Source: the human T2T-CHM13v2.0 reference genome, Homo sapiens. From it: DNA of 64,000 bases. The notes beneath the pieces were generated by a model that made no database searches, was not told the DNA's origin, and worked only from the letters and a program-made list of their open reading frames with translations. A program made the translations under genes and the position numbers. Positions within the stretch are counted from its first letter, which is position 1. Every line of letters starts with the position of its first letter. Where the stretch lies: assembly GCF_009914755.1 (NCBI RefSeq), contig NC_060931.1; one strand, written 5' to 3'. Below are positions 1 through 16,246 of this stretch, in pieces.

Positions 1-58
1 TTAAATAAAGGTCAGACTGCAAATACAGAGCCTAAAGAACTGCTATTTTAAACAGGAA

Positions 59-86
59 GTGTGTGTGTGTGTTTGTGTGTGTGTGC
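59..86. repeat. (TG)n microsatellite, interrupted
   Basis: Direct reading. Confidence 0.9.
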
Positions 87-2502
87 ATGAACATTTTATT
101 GTAAAAATATCATGAAAGAAGAGAGAATGATCCTTTGTACCCATTACTGAGTTTCAACAATTACCATCATTTTGCCATTCTTATTTTGACCATATCCTAT
201 CTCATGTGTTTGAATGCTTTGGCATAAGCATTAAATCTTAAGTACAAAAAGAATAATCAAAAAGAGTATGACAATAATGACCAAGTGAAAAGACCATAAT
301 GTTCTATAAAAATAACTGCTCTGTAGTAAACTAAAGTTGAAAAAGTAAACACAGAGAGGTCAGACAAAACATTGCTGGGTTAAAATAAAATTCAAACTGA
401 TAAAATATGCCAGGCTGCAAAATATTTTGGCAATTCAAGAGTAATTGATATACAAAAGAGAGGGAGTGGAAGTTAACAGGATAGTACCACCTAATCCTCT
501 GAGGACATGAACTTAGGATACTGAAATAAGAACATGACATAAGTACAGACCACAGGAAAATACCATAATGCTTAAAAACTCAAATGCAATCGTTTCAGTG
601 TAAGAATATCACTTAACCAAAAATTACCATTAATATCAAACTGGCCTTATAAGAAAAGCTGCCTCTACATGAAAATAAAGTCTTTTCTACTTAAAAAATT
701 CTAACTAGGAAGAAAAATGGGGATTTCTGAAGTCATATTCTATTTATAGTACATATATTCTACCATGTACTATAAAAAGTCCAGGGATGCATCCATTTTC
801 GCAAAAAAAATTCTACAAAAAATTTTCTATTTTTTTCTATTCATCATAGTACTGGAAGTCCTAGCCAGAACAATTAGGCAAGAAAAGAAATAAAAGGCAT
901 CCAAATTGGAAAGGAAGAAGTAAAATTATCTCTGTTCACAGATGACATAATCTTAGATATAGCAAACCTTATAGATTCCACACCAAAAAAAAACTGTAAA
1001 AATAAACGAATTTAGCGAAGTTGTAGGATACAAAATCAACACACAACAATCAGTTGCATTTCAGTACACTAACAGTGAACAATCCAAAGAGGAAATTAAG
1101 AAAATAATCCCATTTACAATTTTAGCATCAAAAAGAGTAAGACACTTAAGAATAAACTTAGAGAAAATAAAGAGGCAAAAGACATGTATTCTGAACACTA
1201 CAAAGTATGGCTGAAAGAAATTAAAGACAACACAAATAAATGGAAGATATCCCATGATTTTGAATTGAAAGGCTTAATATTGTTAAGATGTCAATACTAC
1301 CCAAATTGATCTACAGATTTAATGCAATCCCTATTGAAATCCCAACAGCATTTTGTGTGTGCATGCAGAAACAGAAAAACGCATCCTAAAATTCATATGG
1401 AATCTCAAGGGACCCCAAACAGCCAAAACAAAAGATGCAAGTTTCACACCTGCTGGCTTCAAAACATATTACAAAGCTACAATAATAAAAATTGTCTGGT
1501 ACTGGCATAAAGACAGACATACAGATCAGTGGAATAGAGAGCCCAGATATAAACCTTTACGTGTAAGGTCAAATGATTTTTGACAATGGTGCCAACACAA
1601 TTCAACAGGAAAAGGACAGTGTTTTCAACAAATGGTGGTGGGAAAACTGGATATCCATATGCCAAACAATAAAATGGTACCATTACCTTAGCTATACGCA
1701 AAATTTAACTCAAAATGGATCAAAGACCTAAACATAAGAGCTAAAGCTATAAAACTCTTAGAAGAAGCATAAAGGAAAAATTTCATGGCATTGAATCTGG
1801 CAATTTCTCACATATTGACACCAAATCACAGGCAAAAAAAGTTAAAAATAAACTGAACTACATCAAAACGTAAAATTTCCATGTAAATACCACAATTCAC
1901 AGAGTGAAAAGGCAACCTACAGAATGGGAGAAAATATTTGCAAATAATATTTCTAATAAAGGGTTAGAATATATAAAGAAATCCTACAATTAAGAAACAA
2001 AAAAGCAAATAACCTGATTTTTAAATGGGCAAAGAATATAAATAGACATTTCTCTAAAGATGAGAGACAGGTGGCCAACAAGCACATGAAAAGATGTTCA
2101 ACATCAGTAATCATTGGACAAATGCAAATCAAAATCACAATGAGATATCACCTCACACCAGTTAGAATGGCCACTATTAAAAAAATACACAAAACAGAAA
2201 ATAACAACTGTTGGCAAGGATGTAGAAAAATTGGAACCTTTGTGCATTGTGTCTAGAAATGCAAAATGGTGCAGCTGTTACGGAAAACCATATAGACCTT
2301 CCTGGAAAAAACTTAAAATTAGAATCACCATATGATACAATAATCCCATTTTGGGGCATACACCCAAAAAAATGGAAAACAAGATCTTAAAGGAATATCT
2401 GCATATCCATGTTCACTGCAGCTATTATTCAAAATAGCCAAGAGGTAAAAAGCAACCCAAAAGTCCACTGGCAGAGATAAATGCATAAAGAAAATGTGGT
2501 AT

Positions 2503-2667
2503 ATACACTGGGTACAGTGTGTACACTGCTTGGACGATGAGTGCACCAAAATCTCAGAAATCACCACTGAAGAACTTATTTGTGTAAGCAAACATCACCT
2601 GCTCCCAAAAACCTATTGAAATAAAAAATAAATTAAGAGATAAAATTTTAAAAAAAGATAAAAAGAA
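2503..2667 (+). mobile_element. Very short L1PB-like 3' end inserted in the older L1
   Basis: gggtacagtgt..tgcaccaaaatctcagaaatcaccact plus A-rich tail, TSD AAAGAAAATGTGG(t/c)AT at 2487-2502 / 2668-2683. Confidence 0.8.
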
Positions 2668-2725
2668 AAAGAAAATGTGGCATTATAAACCCAATAGGAT
2701 ATTAGCCTTAAAAATGAACAAAATT

Positions 2726-3087
<362 letters not shown>

Positions 3088-3325
3088 TCACAAATAGACA
3101 AACACTGTCTGATTCTACTTTTATGGGTTATCTAAAGTAGTCAAACTCATAGAAACAGAAAGTAGAATGGTGGTTGCCAGCAGGTGGGGGAGAGGAAAAT
3201 TAAGAGCTGTTAAATAGGTATAGAATTTCCATTTTACAAGGGGAAAAAATTCTGGGAATCTGTTCTACAACAATATAAACATAGTACTAAACTGTGCAGT
3301 TAAAAATGACTAAGATGGGAAATTA

Positions 3326-4670
<1,345 letters not shown>

Positions 4671-5520
4671 TCTATTTTATGTGTAGCATTCATTTTAAAC
4701 TTTCATTGTAAATAAAAATTCATGAAATGTTAATTTTTGCTTTCAACTGATGGAAAGAAAACTAAAATTGAATTAAAAGGGGAATAAAGGAATATAATAA
4801 AAATTCTAAAGCAATAGAGAATTAAAGCAGAGTTGGATCATGAGTGCTCAGCAAATGTCATCAAGACGCAGTGTGCCTTGTTTAAATAAAAAGTGTAGTA
4901 TTTAATAATAATTGCAAATAGTATGATGTATTTATAAAGCAAATATAACCCTGATTCGTCTTTTCAAAGAAGTCAATGTCCATTTACATTAATACTTGAA
5001 TTAAGTAAGACATTTCAATGACACTATTTGTGGTCAAACAGCATGTATTGACCAAGTCAAAAATCAGAGATCTAATTTCAACTTCACCATTTACCGGCCA
5101 TGCAAACCTAGACAAGGAATTTAATGAGCCTCAGTTTATTCATTCATTAAATTGGGATCTCCTCTCTGAATTAGTATGAGTTTCAAATGAGATATTTACC
5201 AAATCATTTAAAAACCATGAATTTTTACAACAGTGTAAGGCATTATAACACATTGTCACATGATTTCTTTCTGACTACGTCACCAAGTGCCCTTTCCTCT
5301 GCCTACTCTACTCCAAAAATGGTGAATAGCTAGCCCCAGTGCATTCTGCTTGGTATTAATCTATTATGTTAGTAGATAGCATAGCCCTTTGGCATCATTT
5401 TAAAACAACAAGCCAAAACCTGAGGTTTAGGCATCTTAGGTTAAGAACCATAGTAACTTCTTTCTTGTTTCTGCTAAAAATATAGAATACTGGTGCCTGG
5501 AAGAAAGTGAATATGTCTTG

Positions 5521-5647
5521 CCTTTTACTGGATGACTATTATCGAATAGCCACTGTGTGACAGGTGCTCTTTCAGATACTTAAAGTCCTTCCACTGGACA
5601 ACTATTATTGAATAGCTACTCTGTGACAGTTGCTCTCTTAGATACTT
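5521..5647. repeat. Diverged two-copy tandem duplication, period 66 bp
   Basis: ccttttactggatgactattatcgaatagccactgtgtgacaggtgctctttcagatactt vs ccttccactggacaactattattgaatagctactctgtgacagttgctctcttagatactt. Confidence 0.9.
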
Positions 5648-6149
5648 CAGAAAGGAAGTATATGATTTTAATATACATTTCACATGTCTATTTTTAATTT
5701 ATATATATTTAGATGCACATATTAATGTACATCTTAATATGCATTTTTAAACCATAATCAAATCAGACATTCCTCATAGAAACTGAAATTCTTGCTTTCC
5801 TACAACAGTATATACTAAGCATTTTTTCATTACAGTACCTGCAAATTTCTAAACCAATATCCACTTTCCCCTTGATCATAACTAACCAAACTATAATTTT
5901 GTTCATGGTAATAAGGTGCCCAGCTAAATAAATCTCCTTTTCTAGCAAAATATGTCCATGAGAAACAGTTAACATGCAAGAAATGGCCAATTAGATATAT
6001 GTTCCAATCTGTCAAAGACTTATGGGAAAGTTTTACTTTCTCAGGTAGTCAATACCTCTTCCTTCTTTTCCTACCTGGAAACTAGATTCAACGCCTGAAG
6101 ATAAAGCAATCTTACTGAGGCCCTATGGATGAAAATAAGCATAGTGGAC

Positions 6150-6661
6150 CAGAAAAAGAGAAGAAACTTAGTTTCTATCATCCCAAAATATGACTCTTTG
6201 ACATAAATATTTTTGAGCTAAAGGCAATTAAGAAGCAGCAAATGGACTAAGGGCTCTTTCTATCCTCCACTCTTTTCTACCAAGACAGGATATAAATTCT
6301 CCTTTACTGGAGACAAGTCTTACCAGCTCAGAGGCAGCACCAGAGAAATCTGCAAACAAATCTTATTCCATTAGTTTATTCCCATAAATTTACCTTCCCA
6401 CAGTTTCCCACCTCTGGAAGCCTAAAACTGCTTTTCTTTGTCTTGTCACTTCTCTAAAATGTATTGTTCTTTGTCAAAACGTTATATAAGCCAGAGTTTT
6501 AAGCCACTGCTTTATCTTTCGTTGAGGTTTCTCCTGAGTGATGTGCACTGCACACGTTAGCAAACTTGCTTGTTTTTCTCTTCTTACTCTGTCTTTTGTT
6601 ATAGGACTCTCTCCCAACTACAAACTTAGGAGGACTGAGAAGTTATATTTCCTGCCCTACA
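6150..6661 (+). mobile_element. ERV1 solo LTR, MER34/MER39-like
   Basis: cccaaaatatgactctttgacataa..ttttgagctaaaggcaatt start, internal TATATAA, end tatttcctgccctaCA. Confidence 0.7.
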
Positions 6662-6849
6662 ATACCCCTGGACTATCACATGAGAAAGATGCATCTGTTA
6701 CTGTTAAGCTACTGTATGGGAGACTTTATACTGTTTACAACCAAACAATGGTACTTACAAAGAAGTAATTATAAACTAGAGGCGATTTAAGTGCTTGAAA
6801 AGACCATGAGAAGGAATATAATTTAGATCAGAGAGAAACAGGCTTTATG

Positions 6850-8310
6850 AAGAAAATAAATTCATACCTTCTTGTTCTAACAGAAACTTGGCTCTCCTTC
6901 TACAGTCTTTCAAGTAGGCATTGTTTTCTCCTTTATCCCTTCTACCACATGGTCTGGAGGTTAGGTTGTTGTCCACTTTGCTTCCTACTGACACTTTCAG
7001 GCTCTTCTCCCTCCACCCTCTTCAAAACTCCAGCTTTGAATCTCATATCATCAAACTATGCCATTCATCACCACTTCCTGACCTCTTCTCTTCTAATGAT
7101 CCTGTGTTCAACCCAATTTCTGCTACCCAATCCCACGATCATTACCGTAAGGCCAACCTCTCCACTATGTACACTAGGTTCTATGCCCTCCTGCCTCATC
7201 AAGGACATTCTTCCAGGAATGCTCCCTTCACTCTCTTACATCATCAATTTTTCCCTTCTCTACGCAATCATTCCCATCAGATATAACTATGATGCAATTC
7301 CTACAGCTTATAAAAGAAAAAAAAAAATCTTTGAAATTTACATCCTTTTCCAGTTACTACTAGTTTCTCTGCTGCACTTTACAGGAAAATTCCTCAGGTA
7401 AGTTGTCAGTATTCTATTTGGATTTGCTCTCCCCGTTTTCTCGAGCCCATTATAAATAGGCTTTTGTTCCTACCACCACCAAACCTGCTCTTTTCTAAAT
7501 ACATTACTTTTCTGCTGCTACTTTAATGTATCTTTTACTTAGAAAATTACATTTATAACTTTATATGTAGTATATAGGAAAATAATTTATATAAATTGAT
7601 CTTATTTCCATAAATTTGGCTAAATTTTATTAATTATATTTCTTAAATATATTTAACATAACCATATTAACTACATATGTAACAATTATGTAAAATATAA
7701 TTAATAGATTATAATCTAATGTAATAGATCCTTTTGAGTTTTCTAAGTAGACTATCATGTCATCTGCAAATAAAGACAATTTTGTACTTTTGCAGGGTCT
7801 GAGAGACTGGGCAAAAGGAAGTAGAAGTTTTGTGCCAAAATGACATTTCAAAAATGGGATACATTAGAAAACAGGAGGTGCTGAAGGAGAAGGAGAGAAG
7901 GACTCTAAGTTTGGTAAGGTGAACTTGCAAAGGGGAGAGGCAGGCCTATGATTCTGCTGAGAAGGAGCTGAGCCTCTTGGATCATTGTAATCGACACACT
8001 GTCTACCCTGAATTTATATCCTCAGCCCCAACATCCTCCATGAATTTCTTGACTAATATATCACTGGGTAGTGGAAAGGTAGGCCGAATTTAATACTTCC
8101 AAAATGAACTGTTATTTCTCCCATAAAATGGCTCCTCACTCAGTATTCTCCACATCAGTAAAGGGTACTGTGTAAGAATCTACTTGTCTAACTGTCCCTA
8201 AAACATTCTTTTAATCTTCTTGAGAGCAGAAATTTGGTTGTTGTATCGCTAGTGCTTAGAGTAATATCTAGGACATAGGAGAACTTCAGTATGTATTTGT
8301 TTGAATGAAT
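6850..8310 (+). mobile_element. Fragmented L2 (with a small minus-strand L1 piece at ~7690-7790)
   Basis: Pyrimidine-rich L2 ORF remnant (LVLTETWL endonuclease motif) and tail tatttgtttgaatgaat at ~8300. Confidence 0.65.
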
Positions 8311-8450
8311 TAATTACCATAAGTTTATTCTGGTCTTAATTCTCAACACCTCAGCAGAAATCAGTAAAATAACTACAACTTTCAGCAGCTATAGGATAGT
8401 TTAGTTTTGGTTGTTTTTCTTGGTTAAAAAAAAAAAGCTGAGAGGGATGT

Positions 8451-9455
8451 TGTAATATAATGAAAAATAAATATTTCATCTTTGTCCCAAATATTGTATC
8501 AGGTTCCTGGCACAGCCCCTAAAATCCTTGGAATCTCTGGACTAATAAGACGGTCTTTTGCATGCTAATAGAATGATGGTGGCCACTAGACAGCTTCAGG
8601 ATGAAGGCTGGTCACCAGAAAGATCAATGCATGATTAGAGGATTGGAATTTTCAATCCCACCCCACACCAACTTCTGGGGAGGGAAAAGAGGCTGAAAAC
8701 TGAGTCAATCACCAATGGCTAATGATTTAATCAATCATCGTTATGTAATGGAACCTCCATAAAAACCCCTAACCACAGGGTTCAGAGAAATTCTGAGTTG
8801 ATGAATACATCAAGGTGCTGAGAGGTCAACCCATGGGAGAGGGAAGTGAAGTTTTGTGCCCCTTCCCCCATACTATGCTCTATATATCTTTTCTATTTGG
8901 CTGTTCCTGAGTTGTATCCTTTATTTTAAAACAACAACAACAAACAGTAATAATAAGTTAAGCACTTTTCTGAGCTCTGTGAGTTGTTCTAAAGAATTAT
9001 CAATCCCAGGCCGGGCGTGGTGGCTCATGCCTGTAATCCCAGCACTTTGGGAGGCTGAGGTGGGTGGATCATGAGGTCAGGAGATCGAGACCATCCTGTC
9101 TAACACAGTGAAACCCCGTCTCTACTAAAAATACAAAAAAAATTAGCCGGGCATGGTGGCGGGAGCCTGTAATCCCAGCTACTCAGGAGGCTGAGGCAGG
9201 AGAATGGCTTGAACCCAGGGGGGCAAAGGTTGCAGTGAGCCGAGATCGCGCCACTGCACTCCAACCTGGGCAACAGAGTGAGACTCCGTCTCAAAAAAAA
9301 AAAAAAAAAAAAAAAGAATTACCAATCCTGAGGAGGGAGTTGTGGGAAACCCCTTAATCTACAGCAGGTAGATGAGAAATACTACTGATAACCTGGGACT
9401 TATAACTGCCATCTGCAGTGGGAACAATCTTAGGGGATTGAGTCCTTAACTTGTC
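8451..9455 (+). mobile_element. MER21-family LTR interrupted by an Alu
   Basis: ggttcctggcacag..cctaaaatccttggaat and caatcaccaatggctaatgatttaatcaatcat are MER21 hallmarks. Confidence 0.8.
9009..9315 (+). mobile_element. Alu (AluSc/Y-type) in MER21
   Basis: Full dimer, long pure A tail, TSD aaagaatta(t/c)caatcc. Confidence 0.95.
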
Positions 9456-10073
9456 TCCATTCTTTGTTTTTGTCGTTTATGCCTTTTTAGCCCTTCACTG
9501 TCATTTTAGTGAACATAAAGGAGAGAGCAGAAATAAAGGTGTGCATTCAATCCAATGTTTGACCTGTAATCCAGAGCTTACATTTTAGTCAAACTAGAAG
9601 ATTATTCCCCTGACTCCAAGTGTATGCACCTTCCCAATCTCCAAATAGCCCAATAAAATCTTATCTTTCAAAACTCAGTTCAAGTGCCAGCTCCACATAA
9701 CATATTTTCTAACCTTCCAAATTGTAAATAACTTATCCATCTTCTGAATTTTCACAGCACATTACTTGTATCTCTTCTGGCATTTACTTAGACCATATGT
9801 GCTAAATTTTAATGACTAATGCTCAAAAATCTCCTCCACTGCTCAAAGTTATTCACTTCACTAAAAGAGTTTAAATTCTATCAATCAGGGATTTATTTAA
9901 TAAGTCACATTTTAAAATAGAAATATTCTTCAAAATAATAAACCTATTGGTATGCATTAGTTTAGCAATGCTCTTTTCCTTCTAGCCCAAACTATGATCC
10001 ATGAACTGAGCAAATATGTTATCTAAAAGGTAAGGAAAGAAATCTTACACAATTTCAAGAACCAAGCATCTGG

Positions 10074-10460
10074 TGATGTGGTTTGGCTCTGTGGCCCCAC
10101 CCAAATCTCATATTGAATTGTCATCTTCAATGTTGGAGGAGGGGCCTGGTGGGAGGTGGCTGGATCATGTTGGCAGACATCCCCCCCTGTTCTTGTGATA
10201 GTCAGTGAGTTCTCAAGAGATTTGGCTGTTTAAAAGTGTGCAGCACTTTCCCCTTGGGCTTGCTCTCTTCCTTTTGCCAGCCATGTAAGACATGCTTGCT
10301 TCCCCTTTGCCTTCCACCATGATTATAAGTCTCCTGAGGCTTCCCTAGAAGCAGAAGAATGTACAGCCTGCAGAACCAGGAGCTAATTAAATCTCCTTAT
10401 CAATTACCCATTCTCAGGGAGTTCTTTATATTAATAGTAATGTGAGAACAGACTAATACA
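10074..10460 (+). mobile_element. MST (MSTB-like) solo LTR, ERVL-MaLR
   Basis: TGATGTGGTTTGGCTC...GACTAATACA, 5-bp TSD TCTGG (10069-73 / 10461-65). Confidence 0.9.
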
Positions 10461-11097
10461 TCTGGCCTTGACAAAAGAGAAAGCTTGATATGGCTGTATG
10501 TGTCAGGAGTAACCCACAGGTTTTTTGTTGTTTTTTTTTTTTAAATACTTATGCACTAAAGGTAAACATCAGCCCAACAGTATGTCAACCATGTTCCCTC
10601 CCTACTTTCACATATATGCCTCTGGCTACATGTTACCTTCTGGAAATACAGTCTCATCTGAGGTTTAAATCAATTTCACCTAAAAAAAAAAAAAAAAAGT
10701 CTATACGAGAAACTTGTAGCATGTAATCTGTCACCAAGAGAGATAATTTAGGGTTGCAGACTCTTTGGGTAGATGGCAGACCCAATAATACGCTATAATA
10801 GATGTGTTTCAGAGAATACAAATACAAGATTTTAAAAGCTGGAAAAAGAAACACCAGAAAGAAAGAACAAAATTTAGAGATACAGTCTGGAATCTACTGT
10901 AATAAAATAGCTGACCTAGCAGTATAACTCTCCAGTTCCTTAATTTATACATCCTAATCTCTTTCCAAGCTTGAGAGGAGTCTATAATAATGTTTAAAAG
11001 ATGCAACATCAAGGGTTTTCCCTTGCTGCAGGTCCATGAAAATAGGATGTTATATCTCTCAAATTGTATTACCTTTAAACTAAAATAAAATTACTTC

Positions 11098-11586
11098 AGA
11101 AAAGACAATTCACAGAAAAAGAGAAAATATTTGCAGAACCCAAATGTCTGTCAGCTGATGAAAAGAAAAACAAAAGGTGGTATATCCATACATGGTATAT
11201 TATCTGGCAATTACAAAGAATGAAGAACTGACACATGCTACAATGTGAAAGAACCCTGAAAATATATACTAAGTGAAAGAGCCCGGCATAAAAGATCATA
11301 TATTATATTATCCCATTTATATGAAATATCCACAATAGTCAAACCTGTGAAACAGAATATTTGTTCTAGAATATTAGTTGCCTAGGACTGCATGGTTTGG
11401 GGAGGAAAGGAGAGTGACTGTTAATAGGTATGAAGTGGTTTCGGGGAATAATAAAAATCTACTAAAATTAGTTTATGGCTACAATTGCACAACTCTCTGG
11501 ATATACTAAAAGCCATTGAATTGCACAAGTTATAATGGGTGAATTACATGATATGTTAATTATATCTTAATAAAGCTGTCAAAAAA
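11098..11586 (+). mobile_element. Old L1M 3' end
   Basis: L1 3'UTR motifs ending tatatcttaataaagctgtcaaaaaa. Confidence 0.8.
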
Positions 11587-12944
11587 TACCTCAGGCCAAA
11601 ATAATATCTCTAATGTAATGAAGTATTATGATAGAGGAGAGACTTTAAATTATGCTGCTAATAAAAACTAAAAATGTAAATGACTTTGCTGACAGCCCAG
11701 AAATATTTTTTTTGTTAAAATCCTAGTCTTAATTTATGGTGGACTCAATCTCTTCCTCTATCAACATAGTTTAGAATTTTTCCTCATGTTTCTGTGCCAT
11801 GAAGGACTTATGCCAACTGGCATACTTATGTTCCTATCCATTCCACTCACAGTCTCTCCTACAGCCAAATTGATATTATATATTTCATATATTCTCTACC
11901 GTCTTCTAGGTGAGCTATAAATGAGATCTCTAGTAAGAGACACAGAAAGCAGGGAAAGCACTGGACTGATTTGTTTGTAGGAATCTACAGATTCTGCACA
12001 AATTAAATATTTCAGATTCAGTTACCTTAACAAAAATGAATTAGACGCCTACCTCAAATAATCCTAATGGACTGACAGTTGAAAGACATAGACTTACACA
12101 GGAACAGTTCCATCAGAGTAAATATGTGTAGAAAACTGGGCACTTATCTCTCTGTTGTTTCTTAATCTTCAAAACGGGGATGATGAATTAACTGGTCTCT
12201 CTATGTCCCTCTCAGTTCTATAAGTCTCTATATTCTATATTATCCTCTAGTCTAGCTAATACTACCACAATCTCCTATCCTCAGTAAACTGGCTGGTTGC
12301 AGGATAGAACAGCAAATTAATCATATAATTTATTTTTACAATAGAGTCTAAATTATTCAGTATTATTTTTACAGAGTTTAAATTATTCAAGTCCATCTTA
12401 TCATCGCTCAGAGCAATAATTAAAAGTAAAAAGTTAGCCATGAAAAGTTGCACAGGCCAAATGGTTCAGGATTTTATAAGCTGAAAGATACCTGCAGTTT
12501 TCTTACACTGTTTTCGCCACTCCAACCCTGCTTTTCAGAATTATACCTGTTCTTTCACCCCCTACTTTATTTAATGAAACTTGTTCTAATTCTTCAAACA
12601 ATATGGTTTATTTTGAAACTTCATAGCACATTGTTAATATCTTTTTGAATACTGATCATATTAAAGTTATGTTTATACTTCTCTTAGTTTTACATATCCC
12701 AAATCATCAAATACTATATCATAAACTCTAAAGAGCAAGGACTATGCCTCTCCTGTAATAAAAGAATAGCGATTTTCACATAAGAAACACATCAAAATTG
12801 AATTGAAGTTGAGTAACACAACTCTTTTGGATGACCAAAAATACAATTTAAAAAAGCATCAGTCTTAAAGAGTACTTCTTTTTGGATTGTGACACACATA
12901 CCCTCATAATTTCTTATAACTGAAACTAATAAGCAGAAATGTAG

Positions 12945-13253
12945 GGCAAGCGTAGTGGCTCATGCCTGTAATCCTAGCACTTTGGGAGGCCAAGGCGGGG
13001 GAACTGTTTGAACCCAGGAGTTTGAGACCACCCTGGGCAACATAGCAAAACCCTGTCTCTACAAAAAATACCAGTGGTGACAGGCACTGGTAGTCCCAGC
13101 AACTTGGAAAGCTGAGATAGGAGTATCTCAGGAGCTTCCAGGAGCCCAGGAGTTCCTGAGCCCAGGAGCTCGAAGCTGCAGTGAGCCGTGATTAGGCCAC
13201 TGCACTCCAGCCTGGGCAACACAGCAAGACCCTGTCTCAAAAAAAAATGTTGT
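12945..13253 (+). mobile_element. AluJ with internal CAGGAG expansion
   Basis: AluJ-like arms, TSD agaaatgtag (12935-44 / 13254-63). Confidence 0.92.
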
Positions 13254-14462
13254 AGAAATGTAGCTAATAAATATTAGTGGAGTTACAAAAACACACTCTT
13301 CCTAGGTCTTTGTTAAATTTTTACTTAAAACCATACACATTTCTAAAGGTTTAAGTAAGAGAGAATAGCATAATTCCTCAAGATACAATATCCTCAACTA
13401 AAATATTCCTGAAAAGATTCTTCAACTAAACTATCTTGCATACCACCCATAAAATACTTAAGAATATTAAACTTTTCTATACTTATGATGAGCATACACA
13501 AACTGAAAGCAATTCTTCAACACATAAGAGACTACTATTTACAAACAGGTTTACTGTGAATCCATTTTGGACTTATGTAATGAAAGATGAATTGGAAAAT
13601 TGCCTTAATCTATCAGAAACTAACTAGCAAGTACTTATGCCTTCATTTATTCCACTATCTTACAAATTGTTCTATTTCATTCTTTAGTGTAAATAGAATC
13701 TTCTTGGTATCACAATATAAAATTAAATAAAAAATATTGTGATGACTAAAAGAATGGTATACGATGAAAAGCATTTAAGTAGTTGAATAGTGATACTGCC
13801 CCATCAACCATTCACTCATGCACTCATCCATTCTTTTAACAAATATTTATTGAGTAATCATGCGCTAGGCACTATGCTACAAGACACACCAACAAACAAA
13901 AGAGACACTTATACCTACGGACTTAAGTCCTAAAATTGTCAAAAATACATAAATACAGGGCCACTGTGTAGGGATACACAGACTGCCCACTGCACAACTT
14001 GACAAGTGCCACTCATAAAGACCTCATTGAGAATAGTGCCCCTTGCAAAAAAGGCACCACTCAGCAGCTCTAGGAACAATCTATGTCATTACAGAGGGAG
14101 CAGCCATATTCACATGATATGACAAACTTGACCAGTTCAAGAATAATCTGAGACAAGGTAAATCAGTGATAGTCTTCTATATTCAACCATTCCTTTAACT
14201 TATCAAAAATATCTCAAGATCCTTAATCTTCAAATCGCATATTCAAAAATAGTAAGTCCTGAGACCTTTAAGAAACACCTTATTTGCTTAAGCTAGCTAA
14301 GTTGACACATAAAACTAATTTCAACTATTTCAATTTTGAATGAATAACTGGAGTTTTAGAGAGGCTAAATAACTTGCTTAAAATTACACTGCAGACCTGG
14401 GATTATATATGGCTAATTAGGTAATACGGAACTGACAGTTTGTCATCTTAGGCACACATACT

Positions 14463-15530
14463 TACGGTAACCAGCCTTCAACATGATCCCCCAATGATCC
14501 CTGCGTCCTGGTAATCACATTCCTCTGTAATGTAATTCATTATTATCCCAGGGTTGGTCCATGTGAACAACAGAATACAGCAAACATAACGATACATCAT
14601 ATTAGAGATTTGACTTTAAAAAACATTATGGCTTCTATACTGTGTACCCACATGCTCTCACTGTCTCTCTCTCTCTCCCCACTCACACTGGGAAGTCAGC
14701 TGCCACATCATGCACAGCCCTGGAAAGAGGCCCTCATGGTGAGGAATGGAGGCCTACCAACAACCATGTGAGTCAGCTTGAAAGTACATCCTTCCACCAC
14801 AGTCACACCCTGGCTGACAACTTCACTACAACCTCATGAGAGGTCCTAAGCCAGAATCACCCAGCTAAGCCACTTCTGGATTCCCACCCCTTTGCATTAG
14901 TTAACTATTGCTGCCATGACAAATTACAACAAAATTAGTGGCTCTACACAATACAATTTACTATCTCAGTTCTGTAGGTTAGAAGTCCAGTGGGCTCAAT
15001 TGGCTTTTTCTGCTCTGGGTGTTGCAAACCTGAAATCAAGGTATTGGCTGTCTGTGTTACTTAATGGAGGCTCTGGGAAAGAACTGCTTCCAGATTCAGC
15101 CAGGTTTTTGACAAGGTTCAGTTCCTTGTAGTTGCAGCACTGACTTTCTGGTTTCCTTGCTGCCTGTCAGCTGGGGGATATTCTCAGCTTCTAGAGGCCA
15201 CCCACATTCCTTGGCTCATAGCTCCCTACTTCCATCTCACGCTTTGAATCTCTCTGAACACCCTTCTGCCTCACCTCTCTGACTCATCTCTTCCAACATC
15301 AGCTGGGAAAAGTTCTCCACTTTTAAGGTCTCATGTATTACTTAGCCCATATCTAGGTCCATAATTGTAACCATATTTTCAAAGTCTCTTTCACCACATA
15401 ATGTAACATATTTGGGGGTTTTAGGAAATAGGACATGGACATCTTTAGGGGGCTATTATTCTTCAGAAATGATGTAATTTCATAAATGTTTGTTGTTTTA
15501 AACTTTCACTTTGTCACACGATAATATACA
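14463..15530 (+). mobile_element. MLT1E/F-like LTR with a minus-strand MLT1 nested at ~14893-15462
   Basis: cccccaatgatccctg start and ccagaatcacccagctaagcc. Nested copy begins tgcattagtt..ctattgctgccatgacaaattac. Outer element resumes with aaatgtttgttgttttaa. Confidence 0.7.
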
Positions 15531-15862
15531 TACGAAGAGGAAAAGTGTCCTGAAGTTATTAACCAGGATACAGTTATATATAAGGTGTTCAGTATATCAC
15601 ATATTTACATACAAACACACATACTTGACAAGGTATTATATTAGAGGCTATAGGCATTATAGCATTTTTCATACAGTATCTCATAATACTCTGTCAATAA
15701 CCATATATTATCTATAAGATGAAACTCCAGGTCATTGGTAGTTTAGATTAAATCCCAGTTATTTCAAATTCAAGCTATATTATGACATCTGTTTCTCTTT
15801 TTCTTTTAAAATCTAAAGTTCCAGGTTACAGCATTTCATAAATCAGGCTTTTATTCGGATTA

Positions 15863-16246
<384 letters not shown>

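Noticed and set aside
740-749. Perfect MEF2 site CTATTTATAG
   Set aside because: Isolated match in AT-rich DNA 37 kb from the gene, expected by chance.
6847-7401. 184-aa ORF on +
   Set aside because: Lies in a decayed L2 (TETWL endonuclease remnant), with low-complexity L/S/P composition and no gene context.
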